Assembly: GCF_009914755.1 (NCBI RefSeq)
Contig: NC_060933.1
Length of the DNA stretch: 64,000 nucleotides
Source of the DNA: the human T2T-CHM13v2.0 reference genome, Homo sapiens
Strand: one strand, 5' to 3'
Shown here: positions 1 through 19,053 of the stretch, piece after piece
Layout of the letters: the number at the start of each line of letters is the position of its first letter
Position numbering within the stretch: position 1 is the stretch's first letter
The notes under the pieces: generated by a model
The model's database searches: none
Seen by the model: only the letters and a program-made list of their open reading frames with translations
What the model was told of the DNA's origin: nothing
Program-made: the position numbers and the translations under genes

Positions 1-199
1 AGAGATTTTTGTCTCTTTTTTTTACTTCAGTATCCTTAGTGGCCAGAACAGTGTCTAGCACATAAGAGACACTCCATTTGTTGAATAACTGAATAAATGA
101 GGAAAGTGAGGTTTAGGACTTGCTTGACTTTATTTTATTTTATTTTATTTTTTTAGAGACGGAGTCCCACTCTGTCAAAAAAACAACAACAAAAAACAA

Positions 200-960
<761 letters not shown>

Positions 961-1982
961 AGAAGCTCTTAACCTTGAGTTCACAGACCCTGAAATTGTA
1001 TAAGCAAATTTTTTGTGCTTATGCGAATCTACATGTGCTTCTGCGGACGGCCCCACCTGTCAGCAGATTCTCAAAGGACTCGAAATCTCCCAACAGGTTA
1101 AGAATCATTGCTTGCAGGAAGCCTTACTCTTGAAGATCTAATATAAAGAAGGGATTTCTTCAAATTATAAAATGATTTTGAAAGGATTCTGATTTTCAGA
1201 GGGAATCACTAAAAATGTCTTGTGCATTTACAATACAATGAAATTGATGAAATTAAATATGTGCACTTATTTTATTTGGTAGACTCTTTTTTTGCCCAAG
1301 TGTATATTGGTTCTAAGAGGATTTGGAGCAAATCCCACTACAATAAAAGCTATGTGTAACAGAAAGATATTTGAGCCTCCAGGTAATACACCCTTTATTT
1401 CAAATAATAGTAAACCTGTATGCATAGCTTTGGGTTTATATGTTTAAGATGCTGTATTTGGAAACATTTTTGACATACCTTAGTGCACAGAGCTTAATGC
1501 AGAGCTTGGCATACAGTAAGCCTTCAATGTCTATCTTCTGTATTCTTTTTTTCCCTTTACTCCTTATCTTAGAATGTGCAGCATTTCACAGATCTGGTTA
1601 TAATGACATTGGACCTAAAGTGATTCTCTCAGCCTAGGAGAGAGGCCAGTGGCGATTCCCAGTGGATCAGCCTGGGTATAATAGGCTCTTGATTTCCTGA
1701 GCCCTCAGCTCAGTGGTTCTTTCCTCCACTCAGGTCCCAGCACCTATGCAAAATACACTTAAGCCCTTGTCTTCTGCTTCATTTCCTTGACCATTTATAG
1801 GCCTAGAAACCCTGACCTATATCCCAGGGGTGTGATGTGGATTGACCAGTAAACCATTATTAATTGTGAAGTAAACATTCATTATTGTTAGCACTGTTTC
1901 CGGTCTGGGTTCCTGACCTGGAGAGAGAAACTGCTTGCACAGTGGCTCTCTGTGGGAGTTCAGAACACTCACAAACTTATGA

Positions 1983-2548
<566 letters not shown>

Positions 2549-3469
2549 TAAGTGACTACGAGAACCTGGTCACTGTTCCCAATATCAGAAGGACTGCCAC
2601 GGGGCAGAGGATGAGGAGTTGTCCTTCATGGGTCCAGAGGGCAGAACTAGGACCAGTAGGGAGGTAGATGTTAACCTGAGAATGGGAAGAACTTTAATGG
2701 CTAGAGCAGTTCAACTACCACCAACTGCCTGAAAAAGCAAGAAGTTCTTTCCAGTCATGAAAACGTTCAAGCAAAGGCAAGGTGATTTTTCATTTTCAAA
2801 AATAATTTATTGATTAATTACCTACCATGTGCAGGACATTGTCCTAAGTGCTAGAGGAGCCCAAATGTGAACTAGGCAAGTAGTGTGCTCCTAGAGAGCT
2901 CCTGGTGTAAGAGGGAAGATAAAAGTCATCTATCCATGCATCCATTCACTCAGTGAATATATACTGAGCACCTACTATGTATGTGACAGGCATCATAGCA
3001 CTGCAGATACAACAGATAACAAAATAAAGATTTTTGTACCTTACAGGTGGTAGATGAGATTGACAGTAAGATTCCCTAAAGCAAGAAGTTAATGTTACCC
3101 TTTGAGAATGAAATTAGGAAAAGTTAATGTGAAACAAACCAACAAAATCAACTGGCTAATGGGAATATAATTATAACTAAGGGAGCTTAAATACAACAAA
3201 TCATATGATACTTTGCTGGCTCTTAGTGTAAAGGGGTTAGTCTGCCTGGAGCTCGAAAACAGAGACACAGCGGAAAAATATTTTAAAATTTGTTCCTAGC
3301 GTTCTCTGAAGACAGGGTAGTCAACCATGGACTGAAAACATCAGGCTGCCACAGCTCAGTGACACTGGCCACTGAGATCATTCAACTCACATTCTTTCAA
3401 GCACCTTTTCTTCTTCTCTTGGCTCCTATGTACCTTCAGGTTTAACTTAAATATAACTTTTCTGGAAAG

Positions 3470-3710
3470 CCTCTTCTGTACTCTCAGAGTACTATGTACT
3501 ATGTGCGGCTTCATGGCACTTATTACAGCCATAATTTATTAACTGTTTCTTTATTTAGTGTCTGTCATCTCTCACTAGACTGGAAGCTGCATAAGGGCAG
3601 AAGCCCTGTCAATCTTATCCACACTTGCCTCCTACTGCCTGGCACATAGAGGCACTCAGGAAATATTTGTCAAATGACTGAATAAATAAATGAAAGACTG
3701 AATGAATCTG
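3470..3710 (+). mobile_element. L2 3' end
   Basis: CACTAGACTGGAAGCTGCATAAGGGCAG...GCCTGGCACATAGAGGCACTCAGGAAATATTTGTCAAATGACTGAATAAATAAATGAA. Confidence 0.75.
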
Positions 3711-4805
3711 ACTTCCCAGGAAGATTTTCTTATAAGGGAAGAATGCTGCCAGCAGAGAGGGGACTTTATTTCTGAGTTTCTTAGAGACCTCTCATATGAC
3801 ATCACTCTAACATAGGTAGAAAATGAACAGGAATGATCTATGGGACTTCAGAGATGGGGTAGCAATTATGGAAGTGGTTGTTGAAGAGTGGACACCTAGC
3901 CCAAGTCTTGAATCAAAGATGGGATTAGGCATGTGGGACTGAGGGGTAGAGGGAAAAAGATTATTCTAGGCAGAAATGGACAACACAGGCAAAGATACCA
4001 AGTCTGGAATGCAGAGTGCATATAGGGAAGAAATGGGAAATAACATGGGGAAGGCAGGCTGGGATCCCAATGAGACAGGCAGGATGAAGAATATGGACTT
4101 ATTCATATTCATCTGTTGGTAGGCTTTGCCACAGAGGGAATCCCTGCATTGCACAAGGGCGTCAGTTCCTTCCGTAGTGTTTCAAAAGGCATGGTGTGGA
4201 CAATGAAATTGACTGAATGACTCCAGGGAAAGGCCAGCTGAAATGTTTCCCAAAAAACCTTCACAGTGGGGCATTACCTTAATGAAGTTACAGGGTCCAG
4301 GTTCTGGCCCTTTGCCCCTGAGGTTCGGAAGTCTAATTTGTCAGCAGTCAAGGGTGTCTAGGCTTACAAGGCTAATGTACATAACCAGGATGCTAGCTTA
4401 TTTACAAGGAAAACTAGAATTGCTGAAGGTTTCAAATGTTCAAGGCCTATGACTAGAGCATTCTAGCCCAGTAAGTAGGCCAAATGAGAAGTCATATTAT
4501 AATCAGGTGTCAGTTTATTAACTCATGGTAAGAAATACAATTGCCAAGGGATGCCTAAGTCCAATGGCTAATGGATTTATTTCTTGTAGGTGGAGCTACA
4601 TGAAGCTAAACTATAATTAGATTGCTTGATAAGTGTGGAATTAAAACAAGGGGAAGAAATTAAAAGAATGTTTAGAGGCATCTGGCCTAGACCTCTATAA
4701 TAGGGAGATACCTGTCATCAGAATTACCCAAATCTCCTTCTTAACCAGAGCCCCTTTGCCAAGACTTGCTTGTCTGACCTTGCAGGGTTGCTACCTTTTC
4801 TAGTC

Positions 4806-5114
<309 letters not shown>

Positions 5115-5522
5115 TATAGCATTTTCTTAGCTCGTCAACCTCGCTTCTGATTGAGCTTTTCTTCTTTACCTGTATTAATATTTTCAATGAGATTTCATCA
5201 AGTGGTCCCGGTCTGAGAACCATTCTGTTTCTTTAAGGTGACTTAGCAAATCTCTACTCTAATACATTATGTGTTGATGTCCTATTTTAACTCTCAAGGA
5301 CAATCTCATTTCTAATTCTTTCAGGATCACTCACTGTTGCCCTTAGTACTGACAACACTTTACAGCCTCGAGATTTTAGGACACCCCAAGCCCCAGATGG
5401 CTTAGAGCAATCTTATTTAACATTGTCGGGATTTCCCAAACTAGATGAAACCTCAGTGATAATAACTCCTTCCATTCCATTCATGTGTTTCTTTGTAATC
5501 AAAACACATGATCACATCTGTT

Positions 5523-6159
<637 letters not shown>

Positions 6160-7059
6160 TGAGGGAAAGGGCGGGGATTGGAGTTGCTTATGGTCACACA
6201 GTTAATAAGAGGTAGAGACAGATCTCAGAGCCCAGGGCACTTTCTGTTGCATCCTGCTGTTGCACCATGAAAAAGAACAGAGTTTTCTTGTAAATTCCAC
6301 CTGCACTGAGAAGAAATATCACATAATACTGTTGTTAGATTTACCCACTTGAAGGTCAAGCACAGAAGTCAGATTTGAGGCTTACCATGAAACCATGATT
6401 GAAAAATCTAGTATCAGAAGTAGGGCTTGATTTGCAGTACTGTAGATGGGTCTAGTCTCTCCGTATCTCTAGGAGATAGAACAACAGGATTAGACAGACC
6501 CCTCAGGGCAGAGTTGGCAGGAGCAAAGACCAAATTATAGATTGGAAGGCACAACAGTGATCCTAGAGTTAGAATGAAGGGGGCTGGTGTTCCTGGGGTA
6601 TATTACCACCAAGCTACAGGAAACATAGGGTTGAACGACCCCTCTTAGACTCAGAAGTCTTTTCCTCTAAACACTGCTGGATGTACAAGGACCCATTCTT
6701 ATGCATTGCTTGCTTTCCGCAGACTGCACACAGACCATGATAAGAGTCATTATTGAGCACCCACACTATGCTAGGCTCAGGCCTAGGTATGTGATTTTGC
6801 TCTTAATCTCTATCCTACGCCCAAGAAACTGTAACCTTTAGAGGTTAAACTTGCCCAAGATCACTAATATGATGGAAATGGGTTTCTAAGCAGGTCTGTT
6901 TGGCTGCAGAACTAAACTTTTTTCCCTTTATGCCATGACGACAAACATTCATATCTCAGAATGAGATGTTACAATTCAGGCCTCTTCTGTCCTCCAGTTC
7001 TGCTGGCTGGAGTGATGAGAACAAGAGACACTCTGACCTCAGAGAGCGTTGCATTCAGT

Positions 7060-7282
7060 ACATGCCAGAGCCAGACTGCCTGGTTTCAAATGCAGGCTCT
7101 ACCACTTGCCCACTGGGATAAGTCTTACTGGCTCTGTGCCTGTTTCCTCACATGTAAAATGGAGAAATGATAGCACTCACTTTATAGAATTATTGTGAGG
7201 ATTAAATATGCTAATGTAGGTACAGTGCTTAGAAAAGTATCTGGCACATAGTAAATGCTCAGTAAAATTAGCCATTATTATC
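7060..7282 (+). mobile_element. MIR
   Basis: MIR core TCTGTGCCTGTTTCCTCACATGTAAAATGGAGA and 3' end CTGGCACATAGTAAATGCTCAGTAAA. Confidence 0.8.
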
Positions 7283-9182
7283 TTTTGATTAAATTGAGTT
7301 CATGATCCCAATCCAATCTGACCACTTGACCGGATTCGGGAGACACTGTGTCCTCATTAATTCCCTAATTCTAAGCCATCCCTTGAGGTGGATTACTTTC
7401 TAAATGGGTCATCTTAACCATTTTTAAAGATCCCTACTGATGTAATTATCAAACCTCATCTGGAATTCTTGTGTCACACTCTGGGCGGTCCCTACAGTTT
7501 GCCCCTGTTGTACCTTCCTTCCTACTTTCCTAAAAAGGCCTGCCTAAAGTGACTCTGAGTTCACTGGACAGCTGCCCTTTCGTGGGTCCCAGCAGCCCTC
7601 TGGTCTTTAGAACTCCCCATGAGAGCCCATTCTTTGCATGCTTTGGAGCTCAGCAGCCTTCCTGAGTCTTCTCAGCTAGTGATGTTCGGATGACTGAGCT
7701 TGTAGGAAAGGGTGGGGCAGCCCCAGCTGACTCCAGAAAGGAAATGAGGTCTGTCCACACAGACAATCGCAGACCAATTAAAATGGTGCATGAGGCAATT
7801 AAGGACTGCAAATGAGGTGCCACTGCTCTGAGGTGCCACATAACTGCCAGATAATGATAGCCTTCGGCAGGGACAATACTGTGACTTGGAATTGAATGAC
7901 TTTTATGACAGGATTAAAACAAAAAGGACAAGACATCTGCAAGACATAAATTCATACTTTCAAATTGAATCTTTAATACAGTTCAATCTCACAAATATTT
8001 ATGAAACAGGGGGGAACAGTGCTGGCTGTTACAGGGGACAAATGAATAGGTGACACTCAGCCCCTGACCCAAGAGTGGCAGTTCTCCCTCTCCACTGCTA
8101 CTTCTCATCAGCAACAACAGCCTCTTTTACCTGGAATACTACACTCATCCCGATTGGTCTCCTTGTCTCTTTTCTCATCCACAATCCATACAAAACAACT
8201 TTGGGCACATAAATTTCCCAGCCAAAAATGCTTCCCCAAAATGAGAAGCATTTTTGAGTGGGAAATAGCCTACATATTAAGTGTCAATACCTTACAAGTA
8301 TTGAAAGCCCCCACAGATTGGTCCAAATTAACCTTTCCAGGTTTTTTTCTTCCAATCATACACCTCTCCCTGACCATATACCCTATATGCCAGCCTCATT
8401 GGTTTACTGCAGTTCCCTCAAACACACTGTCTCATTCTTTCCCCTTCTTCTTGCCTTCTCTGAATCTGTTACAAAGCATCATCTCTCTTTCGGTCTCTGA
8501 CTAGAGAAATCTTGCTCACCTTTCAAAGCTCCTCTCAAATGCCACTTCTTCCCTAAAGCACTCCATGGCATTTGCCTCCTTTAGTGGGAGGAGGCAAATC
8601 TGTGTCCATGTCATCCTCTGTTGCACTTGGTTTATCCTTCTGTTGCGTAGCTTTCCTCCTGTGAGCTCCCTGCTGAGCCAGTCCTGGGATTGACTTTATC
8701 ATTTTCCTCTCCCACAGCACAGCCTAGCACAGGATTTATGTGGAGTGAATTATACTGAATGGAATGGAGGAGATAAACCCAGCCCCAAGTGACTAATGTA
8801 AACCGACATGCCATAAGGTTCTATGACAGAGCTCTAAAGTGGAACAGAATTCAGGTTGGAGTGCGGATGAAATTTTTTCCAAACAGGGAAAACTTGGGAA
8901 CGTTTCCATTTTTTTTCCATGTAAACCTTTCCTGACATCTCTGTGACATGCATCCCACCTGTAACTGTCCCCCTTTGTGATATTCACAACCCGGGCCTAT
9001 AACTGGAAAATACTTGAGGTCAGAGATCTTTGTTATTTCCTTATACTTACTTCAGGGCTTGGCACATAGCAAGGGCTCAACAAATGTTTGTGGGAGAAGG
9101 GTAAAGAGGGTAGGAGGAAGAAAAGAGAGTTGTATTAATATAGAAATGGAGTAGGGCAAAAGCTGCAGAGAAATTGAATCAA

Positions 9183-9478
9183 GGCCAGTGCAGTGGCTCA
9201 TGCCTGAAATCCCAGCACTTTGGGAGGCCAAGGTGGGTGGATCACCTGAGGTCAGGAGTTTGAGACCCGCCTGGCCAACATAGCAAAACCCCATCTCTAC
9301 TAAAAGTACAAAAATTAGACAGGTGTGGTTGTGGGTGCCTATAATCCCAGCTACTTGGGAGGCTGAGGCAGGAGAATCAGTTGAACCCAGGAATTGGAGG
9401 TTGTGGTGAGCCGAGATTGTGCCACTGCACTCCAGCCTGGGCGACACAGCGAGACTCCAGCTCAGAAAAAAAAAAAAA
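9183..9478 (+). mobile_element. AluSx-like
   Basis: Full Alu. TSD AGAAATTGAATC at 9169-9180 and 9479-9490. Confidence 0.95.
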
Positions 9479-12400
9479 AGAAATTGAATCGAAAAAGGTT
9501 TAGTCACATATTATGTGGGGACCCTGCCGTATAGTCTTGGTGGATTAGCTTGATATAGTGAAGGTGCTTACTAGCTACATACTGCTTTTTGTAGGTGCCA
9601 ATTGACACTGAGTAGACAGGGGAAAAAAAAAAAAAAACCTGTATTCCCAGATTCATTTGTTTCTATCCTCCCCCACATCCTGGAGTTGGTGCTGTGATAT
9701 ATTCCCCAGTAGGAGATTACTGGGAGGCAGTTGGCAGCTGCATTCCATCCTTACCCTGTAACAGAGGGTCACCGTGATCGCTAAAAGTTTCACTAACACA
9801 AAGACCAGTCCAATGCCCACTTAAGTCAAGGTGGCTCTTAAAAACACAAAAACCAAAGGCTTCCAGATGAGGACAGAATTCCATTTTACCCTTCACTTCT
9901 ACACAAATAGGCAAAATTAGAAGTGGAACACTCGTGTTTATCTGCCTCCAGGTCACAGCATCACAGCAGAGTAGAAGGAGCAGTGGCTTGGCATTGCTGA
10001 GAACCAAAAATAATGAGCAGTTTCGCCACTGACAAGGCACACAACTTGAGGCAGATGCCTTAATTACCAAGGCTCATTTTCCTCATCTATAAAATAGGAA
10101 TAAATACCATATTCTTCACAGGGCTGCTGTGAGAATTAAATAACATGCACCATAAATCACTTAGTCCAGCACCGGGCATAGAGAAGGCCCTAAGTAAATG
10201 GTTGCTATTGATCATCATGATTTAAAAAAAAAAAAACTATTTGGGGTAATGTTCAAGGGCTTAGCATAGTAGACAGCTGTTATATGATATTTCAGAAAGC
10301 ATGTTTGATGTTCCAGCTGTCTGGTGGAGCAGTCTTGGAGCACTGGGTTTTCCTTTCAACTCCTGTTTTTATTGTATCCTTTTCATGTGTCTGTATTTAT
10401 ATGCTATAGAAAGTATAGCACAGTTTTTTTTTTAAGCAATAATGAAATATCTTCTGGCCCTTGTTTATTTTCATCTTGTTTCCTGCTATTCCAGGCCCTG
10501 TGTACTAGGAAGAGATGATAAAGCACCTTCTTTACTATAATATTTTATTGGTGTGTATTTGCAATAGCATTTTGAAGAAACTAATTCCCAAGAGTCAGCC
10601 TTCAATGCTTTCTGTTAAAAAAAGTGCTAGGCTCATAAGATGATGTGACATCCAATATTTTCATTATTTATTGTAGTTTTAATTTAATTCTTTTCAGTTT
10701 GCATGTTACCTATTTTTGTATAGAAAATAAAAACATTTTCTCACATGTATCCAAAATGATAGTCGAAATTGATGGAGAGGGAAGAAGGGAATAAGAGAGA
10801 AGGAGTGACTGACTGATTCTTCATTACAATATTTCATATCAGGAAGGCAAAGAATGAGTAACTGAGGAGGATAAAGGAGGCAGGGGACAGGAAAGGCCTA
10901 CACTAGGGTAGACCTTCATTAATTGTTCACTGAATAGATGAGTGAATTGTAACAGGGTGTTAGACTAGAAGTTTCCACAGAGAATTCAGACACAATAGCT
11001 ATCAGATACCCAAAGTAATGGGACAGACCACCCAGAGGAACTCAAAACAGGATTTAGCAGAAAGTGGTTACGTGACTCTTGCACCGTCATCCTCACCAAG
11101 GGTCGAAGGATAGAATGACTGGAAGCTTTTGAAGAGGATTTCTTTGGAGGAAGCAGCTGGTGTGCTAAGTGCCGCTCATGGCCCCAGGGGATAAGGAAGG
11201 GGTGTGTGGGTGCCTATCTCACCTCACTTCAGCAGGACCACTCAGAGCTTGAGCTGTGTCTCCTGCAGTTGGGGGCCCAGGGGACTGGGTCTGACTCCCG
11301 CCCTGGAAATTTACAGGAAAAGAGCAGGGCTGGCTAATGCTTTGGCTGTGGAACAAGGAGGAGTAGCTGCTGCTTCGGGATTGGCCAACACTCCCAGAAT
11401 TTGTTCAGGCAAAGAATGCTTCAGGGAGCAGATATGGGCCCCTATAGGGGAGAGCCAGTGTGGGAAGCACCTTAGATGCATTTACGTGGGAGTGAATAGG
11501 CCCCAGCAGATGAGACAGCTTCTGGATGGTGAGGGCTGCTGGGATTTCTAGGGCCTGGGAGAAACTTCCTGCCGAACAGGATGCTTTTGCTCAGGTTAAG
11601 GGGTCCTCAAGTGAGGGCTCACAATAGTACCACGTAAGAGGAAGTCAGTTTGACACAACTGCTCAAATCCTCAGCCAGCTGTTCTGCTGAGAATGCCTTC
11701 ATACTCAGGTGTAAATCAGTTGCAGAGTTGGCTATATGCTTGCTTCTGGGGACATTTTTGCTTTAGCAGTAAAAGTGCCTGAGTTCAAAGAAGTAATACT
11801 TTCATAGTGGATTATGGGCATCTGAAGCAGGCAAATGCCATGGGAGATTTCCTTAGAAGGAGCTCCCCAGCTGTCTGGGAGCCATATTGGATATGCCCCT
11901 GAGCTCTGGGCACATGGGTGGTGGCTGCTTATTTTGCCTGAGACGGTGAATGTGAATGCATGTTATAAACTATTAGGTGCTGTGCAAATGTAAGCCAGCA
12001 TTGTTATCGTTTTGCTTTAATAGCCGCAATGAATTACCAACAGATGTGTGAACTCTTAAAATGTTCGTTACACACACAGATGCTTCTCCCATCCTTATCA
12101 AATTATCTCATTAGAATTGGAATTTCTTGAGCATCCCAGAGGGTCAGAAGCAACCCTCACACATCAGAGAGACAAGGTTCTAAAAACCAAATGTTTAGTC
12201 CCTCACAGGGCATTTCTTCTTTTTCCCTGTCTACTGCCACCTGTCCAGAAGCGTTTCTGCTTTAGATCCTATCAGTCCCACCTTGCAACTGAGGCAGAAA
12301 CTCCAGCCTGGCCTGAGCCTTTTTTGTGTTAGAAATGATAAGAAACAGCTGTCCTCGGATTAATGCCATCATCTCTGTTATGATTCAGCCATTCAGCTTG

Positions 12401-15400
12401 TGGCAGCAATTGCGTGTTAGATGAATGTCTTTCTAAATTCAATCACCCCAAAATAAATACATTGCAGTAGTCTCATTAAACAAAATTGGATGCAAGGAGA
12501 GAATGGGACTGACTGATAGGAAATGAGAAAAAAGTAGGATATTTCAAAGCTGCACGCAGCCAATTGCCCTTCAGAAACCTCTTCCAGGCCCTTGTTCAGC
12601 TTTAGCACATTTAGTTAGAAAAGAAAAAAAAAAACAAAGAGAGATGCTTATGTATGTGGTAATACTTTCTCCAAAGAGGGATCTTTTTAAAAATGACATA
12701 TGATAAAATAATATATATTCATATGAAGGGATAATCATACAAAATAGGCAAATATGCAGATCTCATATATGACATTTAATATAGATTATCCTGCTGTTCA
12801 GTAGATCATTGGAATGTTTTAAAGTCTGACCACATGGTAGACACTGTGTTAGGTGCTGAGGGGATGCTACATTCATTGATGAATTCATTCGTGGAAGCTG
12901 TGTGTGCTGAGACCACTCTATGCTGTGTCCTGTTCTCATTGCTAGGGGTACCACCATGAACGAGACAGCCTCTGGTTGGGAAAGGTGCCTGGAATGGGAT
13001 ATGGAAGAGGATGGACAAAGATAACTGTATGTATTGAGAAGTTCAATGTGCCAAGTACCATAGGAAACAAACACAAAGAGACTCATGAGAGTGTAGAAGA
13101 AAAAGCAGTTGTTTATCTCTTAAGGAAACAGACAATCTTCAGGCAGGGGGCAGCCTTTTCGCTGAACCTTGAAGTCTGTGAAGAGTTTCAAAGTAAAGGC
13201 CCCTCTAGGCTAAGGAAACTGTGTGAACAAAAATGAAGATTATACATTTTGGCAAGGGGCTGGGGACTAGAGAGCACAGAAGACATAGGGGAGTCATAGA
13301 TATGGCTGGACACACTGGTGAGAGCCCTGCATGCTGGGCCAAGGAGTTTGAACCCTATCCCTTATGCACTCGAGAGTCACTGCAGAAATGATATGATTAG
13401 AATTGTGCACCAAGAAGCTTAATCCTGTAGCAGGCTATAGATAGAATTGATTGAAGGTAGGAGGCTTTAGAGACGGGAGTCTACTAAGACCATCACAAAA
13501 GTTCAGGCCAGGGATAAACAAGGGCCCAAGGTAGGATTATGACAGATAAGCACTGGAGAAACAAACATTAATTATTAAAAGGAAAAAAAATCAATGAATT
13601 TATGACTGTGGACATTTTAGGTTCACTACGTTCCTCGGGGTATTAGATTTATTTTTGCAGATTAGGGTGATGTGGGAGAGGTGCATATGGTTCGGGGCCC
13701 CAGCGGGAAGACAGGATCTAGCTGAGGTGGTTCAAGAGACAGTAATGAAGGCACTACTTGCAGAGTTGTGGGCCAGGTCAAGGGAACCAAGAGTAGGAAG
13801 CTGTTAACATCCCTAAGGGGAAAGGCAAGGAAGGAATAGTACCAGTTTCTAGTGAGAGCTGGAGCCATAGAGCAAGGGCCACCCAGCAGGTGCTATAGTC
13901 TAGGAAGGACAAATAAGGGAGCAGGAAAAGAACTAGCCCTATGTCTCTTAGTTACTGTCCTTTATTCTCCTGCTAGTTCCTTTCACTGGTCAAACTCACC
14001 TGAAATGTGACTGCATAATGCAATTACAGAGGTGGGCCTCTCAGGGCACACAGCAGGAGACAGGAGACAATGGGCAGAAATACACATGAGGGAGAGGGGA
14101 ACGGGAAGCAAATGGAGACTAACCAACATATAGTGCTACATTCTGCCATATTCTTGCTTTTATATTTCATGTCTTGGAGCTTCTTAAATCCTAAGGATTT
14201 CAAACAAAGGGGTTTCCCTCAAAACCTGATTCCAATTCACACTCTTGATAATAAAAGCTAGTAATAAAATCTAAATAATGAAGGGTGAGGGGACATAATT
14301 TAACTTTAGAATCTCAGTTTATCTGTAGAATGATGATATTAATTCCTGCTATGACAACTCTCTATGATTATTATGAAAAGAAAATGAGATACAGGAATAA
14401 AACTGTTTTTAAAATTAATTTTTGGTGTGAATCACTGAAAAGATGTGAGGGATTGTTATCATCATCTGGGATCATTCCATTTTTTGCTTTGGTACTTTCC
14501 ACCCTACCAGCACAGTGCCTACCCAGAGGGCTGCTCAATCAATGGTTATGGCATTGAATTAACTTGAAATGAATTCTGAACACATACACCCTTTCTCTTA
14601 TAATCCAGGCATGATGTCTTTCCATCGGTTTTCTTACTGTGAGATTTTTACCTCCCTCAACATACTATACCCTCTAACAATATGTCAGAAAAAATGAAGA
14701 CCACTCAGGGTTAAAGTAGTTGAGAAATATTTAACTTCTTTCATCAAAGAAAAATGTCTTCAGATATTCTTGGAGTGAGACATCATTAGTAGCTTTGACT
14801 AAGTATCCCAAGTCTGAACATGGGATTTCTCATCTGAATGCACTAGTTTCCTTTCACAGCTTCCAACAGCTGCACACACTGTGATTTGGAGGGGGTAGCA
14901 GTTTGAAAGATGAAAAACCCTTCAAAGCTGTTTGAAATAGCTAAATCCCATGTGTGAAAAGACTCAGTTCTGGCACTGTAATTGCTTTTCTTGGTCTGAT
15001 CCTCAGGGATAGGCCCTAAATGAGATATTAGGGTTGTTCCATCTCTAATACTGATGATTTTGCCTCAGAATTCAGGTCCTTGATTTTCTGAAGTGCATTA
15101 GAAGAAATGCAGGCAGAGAGCTCCCTGCCAGGAAGTCATCTGAGGAAAGCCTTCCGTATTGCTTACTTCCTCAAGCATAGGTGGACGCGCAGGAGTGTTT
15201 CCCGTTTGCTGGTCCCAGACATCAGCACAAATAAATGAAGCCAACCAAAGGACTCTGGGACCCTGGACAGTTCCTAAGTGCTTAGAGGGTCATCTGGTCA
15301 TGGACCTGTCCCAGGGTCCTGTTGATATAATTGCTTTAAATTGCTTCCAAAGCCAAAGGACCTGGAAAAAATAGGTAAGGAGCTGAAGGAACTACAGGTG

Positions 15401-15599
15401 AAGAGCATGCAGAAGAGAGAACTGGGGTGGGCGTGGGGCAGGATGCAGTTTTCACCCTGCAGCTATTTCAGGGGGTGGAGTGGTGCATCTTCTCCAAAGA
15501 GGAGCCCTCCTCGTGTCCACAGTTTGCTCCTCCAGGCCCAGAACGCTCCTTCCAAGCTGGGTTGCTGTCTGCAGCGCCTCACAAGGAGAGGTTTGCAGA

Positions 15600-16656
<1,057 letters not shown>

Positions 16657-17182
16657 GTTTAGAGTACACCTGCTTTGCAAGTGATTGTAAGTGTGTCTTC
16701 ATTCTCTTTAATGTAACAGAGCTCCACACATAATTGGGCTTTTGTAGTCATTGCCAGTTACTCCACCTTCGAGGCGATCTTTGCTGACTCAGGTTTTCCT
16801 GCGTTTTCCCAGAGCCGTTTCAGCTCCCATGGTCCTGCAGAAGCATAGTCTTTTCATGCTCCACTCTTTCAGCTCCAGTTTAAAGTCCTCTGCCTTCCAT
16901 CTTTTAGCCCCTTACCTCAATTTCCCAAGTTGCAGAATTTCCCTCATCTTCCTCCTTCTTTGTTCAAGAACCATGTTAAATCCCCAAGACACCTCTTTGC
17001 CTCCCCATAAGTTTCATGTTTACTTTTTAATCCTCTACCTTCTTCAATTTCTGAAATAATAGCTCTCCTGACAAAATTTTATTTCTTGCTCTTTATATCT
17101 CTGGCACCTTCCTGCATCACTGTGCAAGTGAGTCTTAAGAGTTAGAGTCCTCTCCTTTCATCTCCAGTCATTGTTGAGATTA

Positions 17183-17412
17183 TTTTATTATTTTACTTTA
17201 TTTATTTTTGAGACAGTGCTAAACCCTCACTCTGTCATCCAGGCTAGAGTGTAGTGGCACAATCAGCTCACTGTAACTTCCAACTACTGGGCTCAAGGGA
17301 TCCTCCTGCCTCAGCCTGCTGAGTAGCTGGGCTACAGGCCCATGCCACACCATGCCCAGCTAATTTTTATTTTTTTTATAGAGACAAGGTCTCACTTTGT
17401 TGCCCAGGCTAT
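17183..17412 (-). mobile_element. AluJ, 5'-truncated
   Basis: Right arm plus part of left arm with J-type GGGCTCAAG motif. Confidence 0.85.
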
Positions 17413-18561
17413 ACTTTTCATTTTAAACAGCTCAATTTTATTTTATTATGCCTTCCCCCAAGTGGGTTACACTTAATCCCTTTAGTTTTGGGATACTTGG
17501 TGGTGGAGGATTCTTACTTAGGTACTGTGATAAAGTTGCCAGACTTTGGTTGGGAAAATATATAGCCTATTCAGGCTACCAAGTAATGGGGAAAATGGGA
17601 GGTCCTTAATAATTATCAGCAGGGCCCACCCAGGTTTAAATTCAACTCAATTCAACAAACATTTATTGAGCTCCTAAACAATGCAAAGGACATGTATTAG
17701 GTGCTCAGGAATAGGACCGTGACTTATAACGGCACATTTAAAAGCAGAATAAGGCTCAGACAAAAAGGAAAACCCAGTACTGGCAGACCCCAGTTACTAG
17801 TGAGGCATGCTGTTTTGCACATAATAGACATTTAAGAAAATCTGTGTTAAATGATAACATTAATTTTCAGACTAACAAGGCTTTACTTGGGTATGTCTTT
17901 TCACCTAATTGCTGTGAATTTGGAATTCTGCAGAAGGCTTTCTGTAGGGCTTTATGTTGCAAGGCTGTGTGCACCAATACTTCCAGCCCTAGGTGTCTTT
18001 CTTCTGCTTCTGTGATAATGGATGAGGCAGTAGCAGGATGGAGTTTTACCGGAAAATGTGAAGGAAACACTTGGACTCAGGACAAAAGAGAACTTGTAAA
18101 CATATTAGTCTTTGGGGAAATCTTACTGCAAATTGCTCTGAAGAATGTAGACAGAGAGAAAAAAGAAAAACAGAGAAAAAGAAAGGAGGAGGAGGAGGAA
18201 AGAGAAGTCAAGTTTTAAAAGCAAACAGAAATAATAGTTTTGATGGGATGGATTTGTTTTCTTAATAAGCCTAATGATCCCAGGAGTCTCATTGGATTAT
18301 TAGCAACTGTATTTAAAATTTAAATCTAAAACAAGTTTTGTAGCTGCAAAGTGCTTATCAGAACCTAACCATGCCTCTCTGGCTGGCGGCTAAGGGAACC
18401 TGCCTACCTGAGGGATGGCCACTTGATGTAGCATAGTGAGGAGAAGGGACTTAGGCCTGACTTGACCAAAATCTTAGTGTGTGATCTTTCCCAAGCTCCT
18501 TCCTCCTTCCCTTCCTGGTGCTGCAGCGTCTTCCCTATAAAATGAATAATGGAGATCAGGT

Positions 18562-19053
<492 letters not shown>

